Numbered from the stretch's first letter, positions 46,262 through 56,588 are shown. The stretch is DNA of 64,000 nucleotides from Minisyncoccota bacterium (GCA_022843285.1 JALHNY010000001.1:79128-143127); one strand, 5' to 3'. Made by a program: numbers and translations. The notes: generated by a model from the sequence alone, not told the origin.

Positions 46262-48820
46262 CTACGAGTGTGAGTCCAGGACCTTGCGCAGGTACGGTGC
46301 CGTGGCAGATCCCTTGACCTTGCTGATGTGTTCGGGCGTTCCGGCACCCATGAGCTTGCCGCCGCGCACGCCCCCGTCCGGGCCCAGGTCCACGACCCAG
46401 TCCGCAGACTTGATGACGTCCAGGTTGTGCTCGATGACCACCACCGTGTTGCCCCGCTCCACGAGGCGCTGCAGGACGTCGATGAGCTGCCGGACGTCAT
46501 CAAAGTGGAGACCCGTGGTCGGCTCGTCGAAGAGGTACAGCGTCCGACGCGTGTCGCGCTTGCCGAGCTCCGCGGCGAGCTTGATACGCTGCGCCTCACC
46601 CCCCGAGAGCGTCGTGGCGGACTGACCCAGCTCGAGGTAGCCGAGGCCGACGTCGTTGAGAATGGAGAGCCGATCGTGCAGCCACGGAATGTCCTTGAAG
46701 AACACGACCGCCTCCTCGATGGTGGTCCTCAGCACGTCGTAGATGTTCTTGCCGCGGTACTTCACCTCGAGCGTCTCGCGCTCGAAGCGCTTGCCCTTGC
46801 AGACCTCGCACGTGACGTAGACGGTGGGCAGGAAGTGCATCTCGATGGCGATGGTGCCGTGCCCCTCGCAGTTCTCGCAGCGGCCACCCTTCACGTTGAA
46901 ACTGAAGCGTCCCGGCTTGTACCCGCGCACGCGGGCATCATCGGTTGAGGCGAAGAGGTCGCGGATGTACGTCCACGCGCCCACGTAGGTGGCCGGGTTC
47001 GAGCGCGGCGTGCGCCCGATGGCAGCCTGGTCCACGGACACGACGCGGTTCACGTTCTCCGCGCCGAAGATCGCCCCGGCGGCGCCCTCGCGGTAGCTGG
47101 CACCGTTGAACTTGTTCGCCAGGTGCTTGTAGAGCACGTCGTACACGAGCGTGCTCTTGCCCGATCCCGAGACGCCGGTCACGACCGTGAACCTGGAAAC
47201 CGGGACCTCGACGGTGATGCCGTCCAGGTTGTTCTCTGTGGCGTTCTTGATCGTGATGAACTTTCCGCTCGGCTTCACCGGGCGGCGCGCGTTCGGGAGT
47301 TCGACCCGCCTGGTGCCGCGCAGGTACTGGAGCGTCAGCGAGTCCTGCTTCTTGTCTTTCAGCAGGTCGGGCATGGGGCCGATTGCCGTGATCTCACCCC
47401 CGTGCACGCCCGCGCCGGGTCCTATGTCCACGAGGAAATCGGCGGCGTGGATCGTGTCCTCGTCGTGCTCCACGACCAGCACCGTGTTGCCGAGGTCGCG
47501 CAGCTCCAGGAGCGTCGCGATCAGCTTCTCGTTGTCGCGCTGGTGCAGGCCAATGGTCGGCTCATCGAGGATGTAGAGCGTGCCGACGAGGCGCGACCCG
47601 ATCTGGCTCGCGAGGCGGATGCGCTGGGCCTCGCCGCCGGAGAGCGTTCCCGCCTTGCGATCCAGCGTCAGGTACCCGAGCCCGACGTCGTCCATGAACT
47701 GGAGGCGCGACGTAATCTCGCGGAGCGGCACCTCCGCAATCTGGAAACGCCCGCTGCCCGCTTCCTTCTGCTTCGCGGACTCTTTCTGGAGCTTGTCGCG
47801 GAGCTCGCGGAAGAACTTCAGTGATGACTCGACGGAGTCCTCGGTGACGCCCACGACGTTGCGCCCATCGATGAGCACGGAGAGCGCCTCGCGCTTCAGG
47901 CGCTTGCCCGCGCACATCGGGCACGGCTTCTCCGAGTAGGCAGACTCGGTGCCCAGGCCATGGCACTCCTCGCATGCCCCGTACGGGCTGTTGAAGGAGA
48001 AGAGGCGGGGCTCGATCTCGGGGAAGGAGAAGCCGTCATTGGGACAGGTGAACTGCGCGGAGAGCGAGGTCTCCTCGTCCGTGATGATGGTGACGACGTC
48101 GTTGCCGTACTTGAGCGCGGATTCGATGGCTTCGGCGAGGCGCAGGCGGTTGTCCTTGTCCTCGAAGTTCAGGAGGCCGGGAATGCGGTCCACCACGAGG
48201 TCGATGTCGTGCGTGCCGTACCGGGAGAGCTGGATGCGGTTCCTGAGGCTCTGGAGCTTGCCGTCCACGCGCACCTCGGAGAACCCGGCGTTCAGGAAGT
48301 CGTAGAGCATCTGGTAGTGCTCCCCCTTCCTCCCGCGCACCACGGGCGCGAGCACCAGAATGTTCGTACCCTTCTCGTTGCGCCTCGCGATGTCCACGGC
48401 GATGTCCACGATCTGCTCCCGCGTGAGCTTCTTGATCTGCGTCCCGCACTCGGGGCAGTGCGGGACCCCGAGGCGCGCGAAGAGGACGCGCAGGTAGTCG
48501 TAAATCTCGGTGATGGTGGCCACCGTGGACCGCGGGTTGCCGGAGTGGCTCTTCTGGTCGATTGAGATGGCCGGCGAGAGGCCGTCAATCTCATCGACGT
48601 CCGGCTTGTCCAGCCTCCCGAGGAACTGGCGCGCGTACGCGGAGAGCGACTCGATGTACCTGCGCTGCCCCTCGGCGAAGATGGTGTCGAACGCGAGGGA
48701 TGACTTCCCAGAGCCGGAAAGCCCCGTGAACACGACGAGCTTGTCGCGCGGGATCTCGAAGGACACGTTCTTGAGGTTGTGCTCTCGGGCGCCAGAAACG
48801 GCGATGCGGTTCTTCTGCAT
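46262..48820 (-). CDS. uvrA: Excinuclease ABC subunit A (compact, 852 aa)
   Basis: [38 protein letters not shown]-terminus, two ABC modules ([10 protein letters not shown]), Zn-finger Cys clusters. Confidence 0.9.
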   Translation of the reverse strand: MQKNRIAVSGAREHNLKNVSFEIPRDKLVVFTGLSGSGKSSLAFDTIFAEGQRRYIESLSAYARQFLGRLDKPDVDEIDGLSPAISIDQKSHSGNPRSTVATITEIYDYLRVLFARLGVPHCPECGTQIKKLTREQIVDIAVDIARRNEKGTNILVLAPVVRGRKGEHYQMLYDFLNAGFSEVRVDGKLQSLRNRIQLSRYGTHDIDLVVDRIPGLLNFEDKDNRLRLAEAIESALKYGNDVVTIITDEETSLSAQFTCPNDGFSFPEIEPRLFSFNSPYGACEECHGLGTESAYSEKPCPMCAGKRLKREALSVLIDGRNVVGVTEDSVESSLKFFRELRDKLQKESAKQKEAGSGRFQIAEVPLREITSRLQFMDDVGLGYLTLDRKAGTLSGGEAQRIRLASQIGSRLVGTLYILDEPTIGLHQRDNEKLIATLLELRDLGNTVLVVEHDEDTIHAADFLVDIGPGAGVHGGEITAIGPMPDLLKDKKQDSLTLQYLRGTRRVELPNARRPVKPSGKFITIKNATENNLDGITVEVPVSRFTVVTGVSGSGKSTLVYDVLYKHLANKFNGASYREGAAGAIFGAENVNRVVSVDQAAIGRTPRSNPATYVGAWTYIRDLFASTDDARVRGYKPGRFSFNVKGGRCENCEGHGTIAIEMHFLPTVYVTCEVCKGKRFERETLEVKYRGKNIYDVLRTTIEEAVVFFKDIPWLHDRLSILNDVGLGYLELGQSATTLSGGEAQRIKLAAELGKRDTRRTLYLFDEPTTGLHFDDVRQLIDVLQRLVERGNTVVVIEHNLDVIKSADWVVDLGPDGGVRGGKLMGAGTPEHISKVKGSATAPYLRKVLDSHS

Positions 48821-48901
48821 CGGGGGTAGTGGGCCGAGTATAGCTCATTTGCGAGCGGCTGGGTACCCAAAAGAGCTTGAAAACAGGGGGCTTCTAGCCC
48901 G

Positions 48902-48930
48902 TTGACAGACTGCACCCGGGAGAGTAGTAT
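48902..48930 (+). promoter_or_regulatory. Canonical sigma70 promoter TTGACA-N17-TAGTAT
   Basis: gTTGACAgactgcacccgggagagTAGTATctcggtAcg. Confidence 0.5.
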
Positions 48931-48936
48931 CTCGGT

Positions 48937-48996
48937 ACGCTTTTAATTTATTAGGAGCGTCAGAGACACCGCCGCAAGGCGGTGTCTTCTGTTTTT
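48937..48996 (+). ncRNA. Candidate ~60-nt small RNA / attenuator leader (promoter-to-terminator unit) upstream of 49029 gene
   Basis: bounded by promoter above and hairpin terminator AGAGACACCGCCgcaaGGCGGTGTCTTCTGTTTTT (48962-48996); no ORF; not matched to a known riboswitch. Confidence 0.3.
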
Positions 48997-49028
48997 AGTT
49001 TTCTGATTTCTGGAATAGGAGCTGACTG

Positions 49029-49364
49029 ATGCAAAGAAAAGTCCGACTTGCCGGTGGGATCACGGCTGTGAACCCCAGAACCCTGCTGCTCGCCGACGCC
49101 CGTGAAGAGCTCGGCGCCAAGTGCCAGTTCATAGATGAGCGTGAGCTCGCCGTCATGGAGAGCGACCTCTCCGAGAACCACCTCGCCCGCGCAGACCTCA
49201 TTGCCCGGCTCAAGGTGAGCGAGGGTGCAGCCCTGCTCGTAACCCTCCCAGCTGAGGGTGCCATCGAGTTCGTTCGCGCGCTGCACGTGCGGCCGAGCGG
49301 TTCCACCCGCGTCCCGCTGTACCGCGTCACCAAAAACACGTTCGTCCTGGTGCGCCGCACCTGA
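49029..49364 (+). CDS. Hypothetical protein (111 aa)
   Basis: SD aggagctga; unknown. Confidence 0.4.
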   Translation: MQRKVRLAGGITAVNPRTLLLADAREELGAKCQFIDERELAVMESDLSENHLARADLIARLKVSEGAALLVTLPAEGAIEFVRALHVRPSGSTRVPLYRVTKNTFVLVRRT

Positions 49365-49401
49365 GTTCATTCCGACGCCCGCACCCCGTGCGGGCGTTGC
49401 C

Positions 49402-49848
49402 CTACCTCGTCAGGGAAATGGTAGCTCCCAGCTCTGCTCCGGGCGCGAAGATGGTGACCTGCCCCGTGCTGCTCGCCCTGCTGATCACGTACCCGGTGTC
49501 GTACTGCCCCATGGAGAGGAAGTGCGCGCCGGCGAGCTGCGGGTCAAACGGCATCGCGGTCAGGAAGGTCGGAATCAGGCACGGCGCGATGTCGTACCCC
49601 CCGCTGGACCTCATCTGCGTCGGCGTCTCCGGAATGGGGCCCGAGGTGCACGTGAACGTGTTGCTCCCCGACTCGGCGATGCTCTGGCGCACGGAGTTCA
49701 TGATGGCCTGCAGGTGCAGATTGCGCTGCGTGTTGCGCGCGCCGGCCACCTGGCCGAACGGGTTGATGGCAATGAGCACGACCCCTCCCAGGATGGCCAG
49801 GAGCGCCATGCCGACGACAATCTCCGCAACGGTTACTCCCCTCCTCAT
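49402..49848 (-). CDS. Type IV pilin (prepilin-type N-terminal cleavage/methylation domain)
   Basis: MRRG|VTVAEIVVGMALLAILGGVVL with Glu+5; last gene of pilus operon. Confidence 0.7.
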   Translation of the reverse strand: MRRGVTVAEIVVGMALLAILGGVVLIAINPFGQVAGARNTQRNLHLQAIMNSVRQSIAESGSNTFTCTSGPIPETPTQMRSSGGYDIAPCLIPTFLTAMPFDPQLAGAHFLSMGQYDTGYVISRASSTGQVTIFAPGAELGATISLTR

Positions 49849-49862
49849 GCCCTGAGTGTACA

Positions 49863-51296
49863 TCAGCGGACCTCTTCCCAGGAGAGGAGCTCGTACTGGT
49901 CTGACGCCAGCGGGAAGCCGGGCGGCGGCCCGTACAGCAAATTCGCGTCGTAGGTCAGGTTGCGGGTCTGGTACCCGGTGCCGTCCGTGTACGCGAACCC
50001 GTACCGGCCGTTGGTCACGAGCGTGCCGTAGCTCGTGAGCGTGGTGCGCACGTGGTTGGGCGAGCAGCGGTTGCTCCCGCCGCCGGGCCCCTGGTAGTAG
50101 TAGCGCCCCACGCGGCCGTTCTGGGCTACGAGCGCGGCATCAATGCGCAGGTCGTTCTCGCTGAAGAGCCCCACGTTGACGTTGTTCTGCGCGATGAGGG
50201 CCACCGCCGCAGACCCATCGTAGGCGCCGTACGTCAGGTCCGCGTTCACCGTGATGCTGGTGTACGTCGAGCTGTTCACGGGGAACCGCCCGGAGCCCAC
50301 GGTGATGTGCCGGTTGCTCACCGTCCCGCTGACCCAGATGTGGTCCTCCACGAAGAAGATGCCGTTCGCGGGCAGCGCGCCATCGTCGGTCACCTGCGTC
50401 CGGTTGTTGACGCTCCACGTCCCCCAGCCCGCCTGGGAGGCCGAGTTGCTGCACCCGCTCGGCGCGCTGCGAAGGGACGTCACCCGGTACAGGTCGTACG
50501 TGCCGTTCGCATTGAACACGAGCTCGTACCCGGAAGAGCCAGAGTTGGCGACGTAAACGCCGCTCGCCTGGGCGTCCGTGCGGAGCTGCGAGAGGTCCTG
50601 GGTGATTCCCGCGAAGTCTATGGCGGGGAGGGGGAACTGCCTGCCCCCGCCGAACACGTCCGCCCGGTCTGGCAGCGCCCCGGGCGGGAGCGGATCCGTG
50701 GACCCGAGGTGCGTGTGCACGCCGTACTCCACGCCGCCGGAGTGGTCTGGATCATCGTACGTCGCCTGCGCGCTCTGCACGGTGTTGTGCGCGTAGCCGT
50801 CGAAACGAATGCCACCGTTGCTGAACACCTCGCCGAAGATCTCCGTCCCCTCTCCGAAGCGCATGGCAGAGTTTGCCGCCACGGCGTACCGCGCGAGGGA
50901 CGGCTTGCCGAGGAGCACCTCAATCGTCTTCTCGGTCGTGCTGTCCCCGAGCACGGAACCGGTGCTGCGGATGCGCACCATGGACGTGCCGGCCACCGGC
51001 TCAATCTCGAGCTCGAAAGATCCGAGGTGCCGCCCGTCCCTCGCGTAGTACTGGTGGACGTACGGACCGGGTGCGCCCGTGCCGTCCTGGAAGTCTTCCG
51101 GGGCGTGCGCCAGGTGCCAGCGGTAGTACTCGATGCCAGCCTCGGCAATGGAGAACGACAGGTTCCGGTTGAGGCTCCTCGTGGAGAGCTGCAGGAACGA
51201 GACGGCGAGGAACGTGAAACCAGTGATGAGCACCACGACCACCGCGGAGAGCACGATGACCTGGAGCGAGACCTGACCCTGCTTGCGGCTAATCAT
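49863..51296 (-). CDS. PilX-N-like pilus-associated protein (minor pilin/tip factor candidate)
   Basis: N-terminal QVIVLSAVVVVLITGFTFLAVSFLQLS hydrophobic segment typical of PilX_N; large beta-rich domain. Confidence 0.5.
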   Translation of the reverse strand: MISRKQGQVSLQVIVLSAVVVVLITGFTFLAVSFLQLSTRSLNRNLSFSIAEAGIEYYRWHLAHAPEDFQDGTGAPGPYVHQYYARDGRHLGSFELEIEPVAGTSMVRIRSTGSVLGDSTTEKTIEVLLGKPSLARYAVAANSAMRFGEGTEIFGEVFSNGGIRFDGYAHNTVQSAQATYDDPDHSGGVEYGVHTHLGSTDPLPPGALPDRADVFGGGRQFPLPAIDFAGITQDLSQLRTDAQASGVYVANSGSSGYELVFNANGTYDLYRVTSLRSAPSGCSNSASQAGWGTWSVNNRTQVTDDGALPANGIFFVEDHIWVSGTVSNRHITVGSGRFPVNSSTYTSITVNADLTYGAYDGSAAVALIAQNNVNVGLFSENDLRIDAALVAQNGRVGRYYYQGPGGGSNRCSPNHVRTTLTSYGTLVTNGRYGFAYTDGTGYQTRNLTYDANLLYGPPPGFPLASDQYELLSWEEVR

Positions 51297-51894
51297 CTCT
51301 GAGGTTTCTGATGCTGATGAGCTGGCTGACGTACGCCGGCCGGGGCGCCTCGCGCGGGCGCACGTCCACGTAGAGCGTCACGCGGACCAGTCGCACGGCG
51401 CTGGCCAGGGTACTCGTCGGGGCCAGCGGATCTTCCACACCGGTGTAGTCATCGCCGTAGTACGTGAACACGTTGGAGGAGGTCGTCCGGGTGAGGTTGC
51501 TCACGAGCGTGGAGACCGTCTCCGATGACGAGGAGTACGCGAGCGGCGTGCCGGATGGCTTCGTGACACCCCGGTCCAGCGTCGTGGTGCCCACGGTGTA
51601 GCGGATGCGCTCGAAGAGGCCGTCGCTGTCCACGTCGCTGTAGAAGATGAGAGTGCTCGTCGTCGCGGCCTCCACGGGGTACGCACCCTGGTTGCTGGGC
51701 GCCGCCGAGCGAATCTCGGTGACCATCTGCTCCATGGCGCGGTCGATGTCCTGGCGAGACTGGAGCTTCTGGCTGACGAGGTTACTGAGCGTGTCCACGT
51801 TGGTGCGCAGCGTCGCCACCACGAAGATCAGCACCGTGAACACCGCCGCTGAGATCAGCACCTCGATGACGGAGAATCCGGACCTCTGGCTCAT
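51289..51894 (-). CDS. Pseudopilin / minor pilin (prepilin-type N-terminus)
   Basis: MSQRSG|FSVIEVLISAAVFTVLIFVV with Glu+5. Confidence 0.65.
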   Translation of the reverse strand: MSQRSGFSVIEVLISAAVFTVLIFVVATLRTNVDTLSNLVSQKLQSRQDIDRAMEQMVTEIRSAAPSNQGAYPVEAATTSTLIFYSDVDSDGLFERIRYTVGTTTLDRGVTKPSGTPLAYSSSSETVSTLVSNLTRTTSSNVFTYYGDDYTGVEDPLAPTSTLASAVRLVRVTLYVDVRPREAPRPAYVSQLISIRNLRDD

Positions 51895-53615
51895 GATGGG
51901 CTCATGGTAACGGTCACGGACTGCCACCCGCTACCGACCGTCGTCGTCGCGGACGCGGCGGAGTACCCCCCGGCGGCCGCGTCCACGGTGTACGACCCAG
52001 CCGCCAGGTTCTGGAACAGGCGCTGGCCCGGCGGCACGCAGGGACCAGCAAACGTCAGGCGCACCTCGCTGACCGCTGGCGTCGTGAGCTCGTCCGCAGT
52101 TTCCAGGTACGCGCGGTACCGCACGTACCGCTTCCCCGCCGCAGATCCCGCGACCGCTGCGGGAGAGGTGAAGTACGATGATCCGCTCCCGTCCGGACCC
52201 ACGAAGCTCCAGCTGCCGCCATCGTCGCTGCCCGCGACCTGGAAGCGCACGGAGCCGGAGGCATCCCAGTCGAAGAACGTGGCACCCGCCGGCGTCCCCC
52301 CGAGGTCGAGGGTCGCGGACTCGAGCGTCGCGACCGAAGAGGTCGCGTAGGGACCCCCAGCGGGGCTCATGCGGATCTCGCCGCTCGATGTTTCGGTGCC
52401 CGAGAGCGATGAGTACGAAGCCGGGTTGGACCAGTCAGACTCGGCGTGGACGGCGGCGCCAGCTGCCCCGGCAGGGTCTGACGCGCCCGGCCCGTTCAGC
52501 GTGAAGCTCGCGGCAACCGGGCTACCCGTCACGGCATCGACGGCGGTAACCAGCAGGGACGGCGCCCCTGACGGCGCGAGCACGAAGCGGAACGGCTGGT
52601 CCTCATCGGGGGCCAGCGCGAAGGGCGAGAGCGGGACCGTCCCGGCTAGGTCCATGGATCCGGTGTACGTGGCGGTGTACGCGTCCCACTCGACGCCGGA
52701 GACGGTCGTCTCCCCTCCCGCGGCTGTCGAGCCGCTGAAGGTGTACTTGAGAACGTCCGGGGCGGTGCCCACGAGCTTGGTGCCCGCCAGCGTGAACGGC
52801 TGGCTCGCCACCGCCTCGCAGCGGTACCCCGAGCTCGCCACCTCAACGCTGCCCACCCGGTCAATCGCGAAGCTCAGCACCGTCACGGCTTGGGAGCCCA
52901 CCGTCGCGTGCGGCTTCACGGGGTTCGGGTTGCCGGGCGCGCCAACCGGGTAGGTGCCCTCGCTCGAGTACCCAGCCTTGGTCACCGTGACGTGGTACGC
53001 CTGGGTGCTGGTCGGGACGTCCACCAGCTGCAGCAGGCCGTTGGTGCCGGTGATGTCACTGAAGTTAATTGCCGGCGAAACGGCCGAGTTGGTAATCGTG
53101 ACCTCCGCAGACGGCACCGGCTGCCCGTTGGCATCGAACACCGAGATGAAGAGCGAGCCGTTCTGCGAGGCGCTCTCCAGTCCCTGCGGGGCCACGGTGG
53201 TGGTAATCGATACCGGCGTGAAGCGGGGGCACGTGGGGCAGGTCACGCTGAACTCGACGAGCTTGTAGTCAGCCGGCGCGGTGTCCCCGGGGCTGCCACC
53301 CGCGGTTCCGTCGAACGGGTCATCCACGTTGCGCACCGCCGTCTGCACGATGAACTCGGCGCCGTCCCAGGAGACCTGCTCCGACTGTTCCAGGATGCCC
53401 GAGGGGATGCCGCCGATGACACCCACCTGCTCGTAGCTCAGGTTCCTCACGAGCTCCACCTTCTGGTTCAGGACGTTGGAGGCCGCGCGGCGCAGCTCGT
53501 AGTTCACGGCCGTATCGACGATGGAGAAGTAGACGAGGAAGATGCCGCCGAACAGGACGGCAATGATGCCGATTGCCAGAATGAGATCGATGAGGCTGAA
53601 GCCACGTCTGCTCAT
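51891..53615 (-). CDS. Giant pilin-like protein (574 aa) with prepilin N-terminus and Thr/Ser/Gly-rich beta domain (adhesin-like)
   Basis: MSRRG|FSLIDLILAIGIIAVLFGGIFL (Asp+5), long low-complexity T/S/G/A-rich body. Confidence 0.6.
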   Translation of the reverse strand: MSRRGFSLIDLILAIGIIAVLFGGIFLVYFSIVDTAVNYELRRAASNVLNQKVELVRNLSYEQVGVIGGIPSGILEQSEQVSWDGAEFIVQTAVRNVDDPFDGTAGGSPGDTAPADYKLVEFSVTCPTCPRFTPVSITTTVAPQGLESASQNGSLFISVFDANGQPVPSAEVTITNSAVSPAINFSDITGTNGLLQLVDVPTSTQAYHVTVTKAGYSSEGTYPVGAPGNPNPVKPHATVGSQAVTVLSFAIDRVGSVEVASSGYRCEAVASQPFTLAGTKLVGTAPDVLKYTFSGSTAAGGETTVSGVEWDAYTATYTGSMDLAGTVPLSPFALAPDEDQPFRFVLAPSGAPSLLVTAVDAVTGSPVAASFTLNGPGASDPAGAAGAAVHAESDWSNPASYSSLSGTETSSGEIRMSPAGGPYATSSVATLESATLDLGGTPAGATFFDWDASGSVRFQVAGSDDGGSWSFVGPDGSGSSYFTSPAAVAGSAAGKRYVRYRAYLETADELTTPAVSEVRLTFAGPCVPPGQRLFQNLAAGSYTVDAAAGGYSAASATTTVGSGWQSVTVTMSPS

Positions 53616-53619
53616 GCCG

Positions 53620-54690
53620 CTACCCTATTCCCTGCGACAGCGAGTAGATCGGCAGGATGATGGAGAGCGCCACGAATCCCACGAGGAGCCCCATGCCCAC
53701 CAGCAGGATGGGCTCCAGGAGCGAGGTCAGCGTCTTGAGCGCCTCCTCGGTCTCCTCGGTGTAGTGCCCCGAGAGGTAGATCAGGTTGTCCTCGAGGTTG
53801 CCCGTCCCCTCGCCGATCGTGACGATGCCGCTCATGAGGGGCGGGAACTGCTTCGGGTGCTTCTCGAGGTACGTGCCGAGGGTCTCACCGCGCCTGATGG
53901 CGTCCGCGGCGCCCACGATGATGTCCCGGTACACCAGGTTGGTGAACGTACTGCTGGTGATGGTGATGCCCTCCACGATGTGCACGCCGCTCTTGAGCAG
54001 CAGCCCGAGGACGCGGCTGAAGTTCGCCACGTTGACGTTCACCATGAGGTGGCCGAGGACCGGCACCGCGAGCAGGGAGCGGTGCAGCGCCTTGCGCAGG
54101 AAGCGCACGCGCGTGAAGAGTACCCTGCCCCCGATAGCCGCCGCCGCAGTGCCGAGCACGGCGTACAGGCCGTACGCGCGGGTGAAGTCGAGGAACCCGA
54201 TGAGGATGCGGGTGGTGAGCGGCAGCTCCACGTTGAAGCCGGAGAGCACCGGCAAAATCTTCGGGAACACGAAGAACGTGAGGAAGCTCACGACGGCAAT
54301 GGTGGCGAGCAGGAGCACGATCGGGTAGATAAGCGCCGAGCGGACCTTCGCCTGAAGCTCCTTGCTCTTCTTAATTTCCTCCGCGAGGTACGAGAGGTTG
54401 TCCGCGAGCGTGCCGCTGGTCTCCCCAACGCGCACGATGTTCGTGAAGAAGTCCCCGAAGAGCTGGGGGAACCGCCCGAGGCTGTCCGCGAGGAACTTAC
54501 CCGCGTTGATGTCCTCGATCACGATGTCTATGACCTTCGAGAGCGTCTTCGAGAACTTCTGCTTGCGCAGCATGCGCAGGCCCTCGAGGAGCGGGAGGCC
54601 CGCACGCACGACCATGGCGAGGTGGCGCGCGAAGTTGATCTTCTCCTGCGCCTTCAGCCTGGCAAAGAGCATGCGCGGCGAGCTGGCCAT
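53620..54690 (-). CDS. pilC: Type IV pilus assembly platform protein PilC (GspF family)
   Basis: two T2SSF repeats, 3 TM, ...GETSGTLADNL / ...GEGTGNLEDNL pairs. Confidence 0.85.
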   Translation of the reverse strand: MASSPRMLFARLKAQEKINFARHLAMVVRAGLPLLEGLRMLRKQKFSKTLSKVIDIVIEDINAGKFLADSLGRFPQLFGDFFTNIVRVGETSGTLADNLSYLAEEIKKSKELQAKVRSALIYPIVLLLATIAVVSFLTFFVFPKILPVLSGFNVELPLTTRILIGFLDFTRAYGLYAVLGTAAAAIGGRVLFTRVRFLRKALHRSLLAVPVLGHLMVNVNVANFSRVLGLLLKSGVHIVEGITITSSTFTNLVYRDIIVGAADAIRRGETLGTYLEKHPKQFPPLMSGIVTIGEGTGNLEDNLIYLSGHYTEETEEALKTLTSLLEPILLVGMGLLVGFVALSIILPIYSLSQGIG

Positions 54691-54691
54691 C

Positions 54692-55954
54692 CTACTCGTA
54701 GATGAGGCGAATGACCTCCTCGATGGACGTGACGCCCGCGGCCGCCTTCTCGACGCCGTCTCGCATCATGGTCTTCATGCCCTCCTTCACGGCCTGCTGC
54801 TTGATGTCCGCAGCCGATGCCCGCTCGAGGACGAGCTTCTGGATGCCCGGTGTCATGGGCAGCACCTCGCGGATGCCGATGCGGCCGCGGAACCCCGAGT
54901 GGTGGCACTGGTCGCAGCCGGGCGAGGTCCACAGCTGCTCGAGGTGCTCGTCGTCCGCGTCGTCGCCGAGAATCTCCATGACGCCCTTGCGCTCCTTCGC
55001 GTCCACGGGGCGCACCACCTTGCAGTCCGGGCAGAGCGTGCGCACGAGGCGCTGGCCCATGGCGACGTTGACCGTGCTCGCGACCAGGAACGGGGGCACG
55101 CCCATGTCCATGAGGCGCGGGAAGGTGGTTGCCGCGTCGTTGGTGTGCAGCGTGGAGAGCACGAGGTGGCCGGTCAGCGCGGCGTTCACCGCGATGCCCG
55201 CGGTCTCCTGGTCGCGGATTTCACCGACCATCAGGATGTTCGGATCCTGGCGCAGAATGGAGCGGAGTCCAGACGCGAACGTGAAGCCGACCTGCGCGTT
55301 GGTCTGCATTTGCGTCACGCCGGGCAGCGCGTACTCGATGGGGTCCTCAATGGTGATGATGGAGCGGTCCGCCTGGTTGAGCTCCTTGAGAATGGTGTAC
55401 AGCGTCGTGGTCTTCCCGGAGCCGGTGGGGCCGTTTGCGAGAATCATGCCGTACGGGCGCTTGATCGCTTTCCGCACGCGCTCCAGCTGGTCCGGTGGGA
55501 AGCCGAGCGAGTCGAGGGTGAACGCCTGGTTCTCGGCGAGGACGCGGAGCACCGCGTTCTCGCCGTGGTACGTCGGCGCGATGGAGACGCGCACCGCGAC
55601 CGTCTCGTCCCCTATCTTCACCTTGAGGCGGCCGTCCTGCGGCACCAGGTGCTCGTCCGTGCGGAGACCGCACATGACCTTGATGCGGCTGATGAGCTCG
55701 TCGTGGAGAGACATCGGAATGGGCATCTCCTCGAGCGCGTCCTGGAGCATGCCGTCTATGCGGAAGCGCAGGCGCACCGATTCCTCGGTGGGCTCGATGT
55801 GCACGTCCGAAGTTTTCGCCGTGTACGCGTACTCGAGGATCTGGTCCACGAGGCTGACCACGCTCACGTCCGTGGCATCTTTGCCTATCGTCTCCTTAAT
55901 CGCGGCGCGCACCGCATCGAGGTCTCTCATGTGCCGTAAGTATAGCAGGCTCAT
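54692..55954 (-). CDS. pilB: Type IV pilus extension ATPase PilB/GspE family (short form without N-terminal N1 domain)
   Basis: Walker A GPTGSGKTTT, Asp/His boxes, tetracysteine CPDC...CDQC zinc motif characteristic of PilB/GspE. Confidence 0.85.
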   Translation of the reverse strand: MSLLYLRHMRDLDAVRAAIKETIGKDATDVSVVSLVDQILEYAYTAKTSDVHIEPTEESVRLRFRIDGMLQDALEEMPIPMSLHDELISRIKVMCGLRTDEHLVPQDGRLKVKIGDETVAVRVSIAPTYHGENAVLRVLAENQAFTLDSLGFPPDQLERVRKAIKRPYGMILANGPTGSGKTTTLYTILKELNQADRSIITIEDPIEYALPGVTQMQTNAQVGFTFASGLRSILRQDPNILMVGEIRDQETAGIAVNAALTGHLVLSTLHTNDAATTFPRLMDMGVPPFLVASTVNVAMGQRLVRTLCPDCKVVRPVDAKERKGVMEILGDDADDEHLEQLWTSPGCDQCHHSGFRGRIGIREVLPMTPGIQKLVLERASAADIKQQAVKEGMKTMMRDGVEKAAAGVTSIEEVIRLIYE

Positions 55955-56042
55955 GGCTCAAAACGTGCCCTGGACTTACGCGTGAAACGGCGGTATAGCT
56001 TGGCGGAGCTTTTTGAGAAATTTACAAGCAAGGAGACAAGAA

Positions 56043-56588
56043 ATGGACTACAAGTACCTCGTCCTGTTCCCCATCAGGGGAGCTCAGGGCGAACACCTCG
56101 TTCAGGTCATGGACCGCATGGCTGAGCTAACGGGGCTTCCCGCCCCGCACACCCAGCTCCCGCCGCACGTGACCTTTCACAAGCCGATTGCCGGCATCAA
56201 TGAGGAGACCGTGCTGAACCTGGTCCAGAGCGTCGCGCTCCAGACCAAACAGACCCGCCTCACCTACGAGGCGCACCCGTTCTTCTTCGGGAAGCAGTAC
56301 GTCGTCGTCCGCATCAACCCGACCATCGAGCTCGCGAGCTTCTGGAGCGAGGTCAGCAACCTCATCACCAAGGTTCCCGAGTACGAGCACGGTCCGTTTG
56401 ACCGGGACAACACGCTGCACATCACGCTAGCCCGCAAGACCAGCTCGGTGTTCGATAAGGTCTGGGGAGAACTCAGCGCCATGGTGCTCACACCCGAAGA
56501 GGTGACCTTCGATTCCGTGGACCTGTACCGCAAGCCGCTCACGGGCGGAGCGTGGGAGCAGGTGCAATCTCTGCCGATTCCTACCTAG
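56043..56588 (+). CDS. 2H phosphoesterase superfamily protein (LigT/2'-5' RNA ligase-like)
   Basis: two H-x-T motifs (PHVTFH and LHITLA); SD aaggaga upstream of ATG 56043. Confidence 0.55.
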   Translation: MDYKYLVLFPIRGAQGEHLVQVMDRMAELTGLPAPHTQLPPHVTFHKPIAGINEETVLNLVQSVALQTKQTRLTYEAHPFFFGKQYVVVRINPTIELASFWSEVSNLITKVPEYEHGPFDRDNTLHITLARKTSSVFDKVWGELSAMVLTPEEVTFDSVDLYRKPLTGGAWEQVQSLPIPT

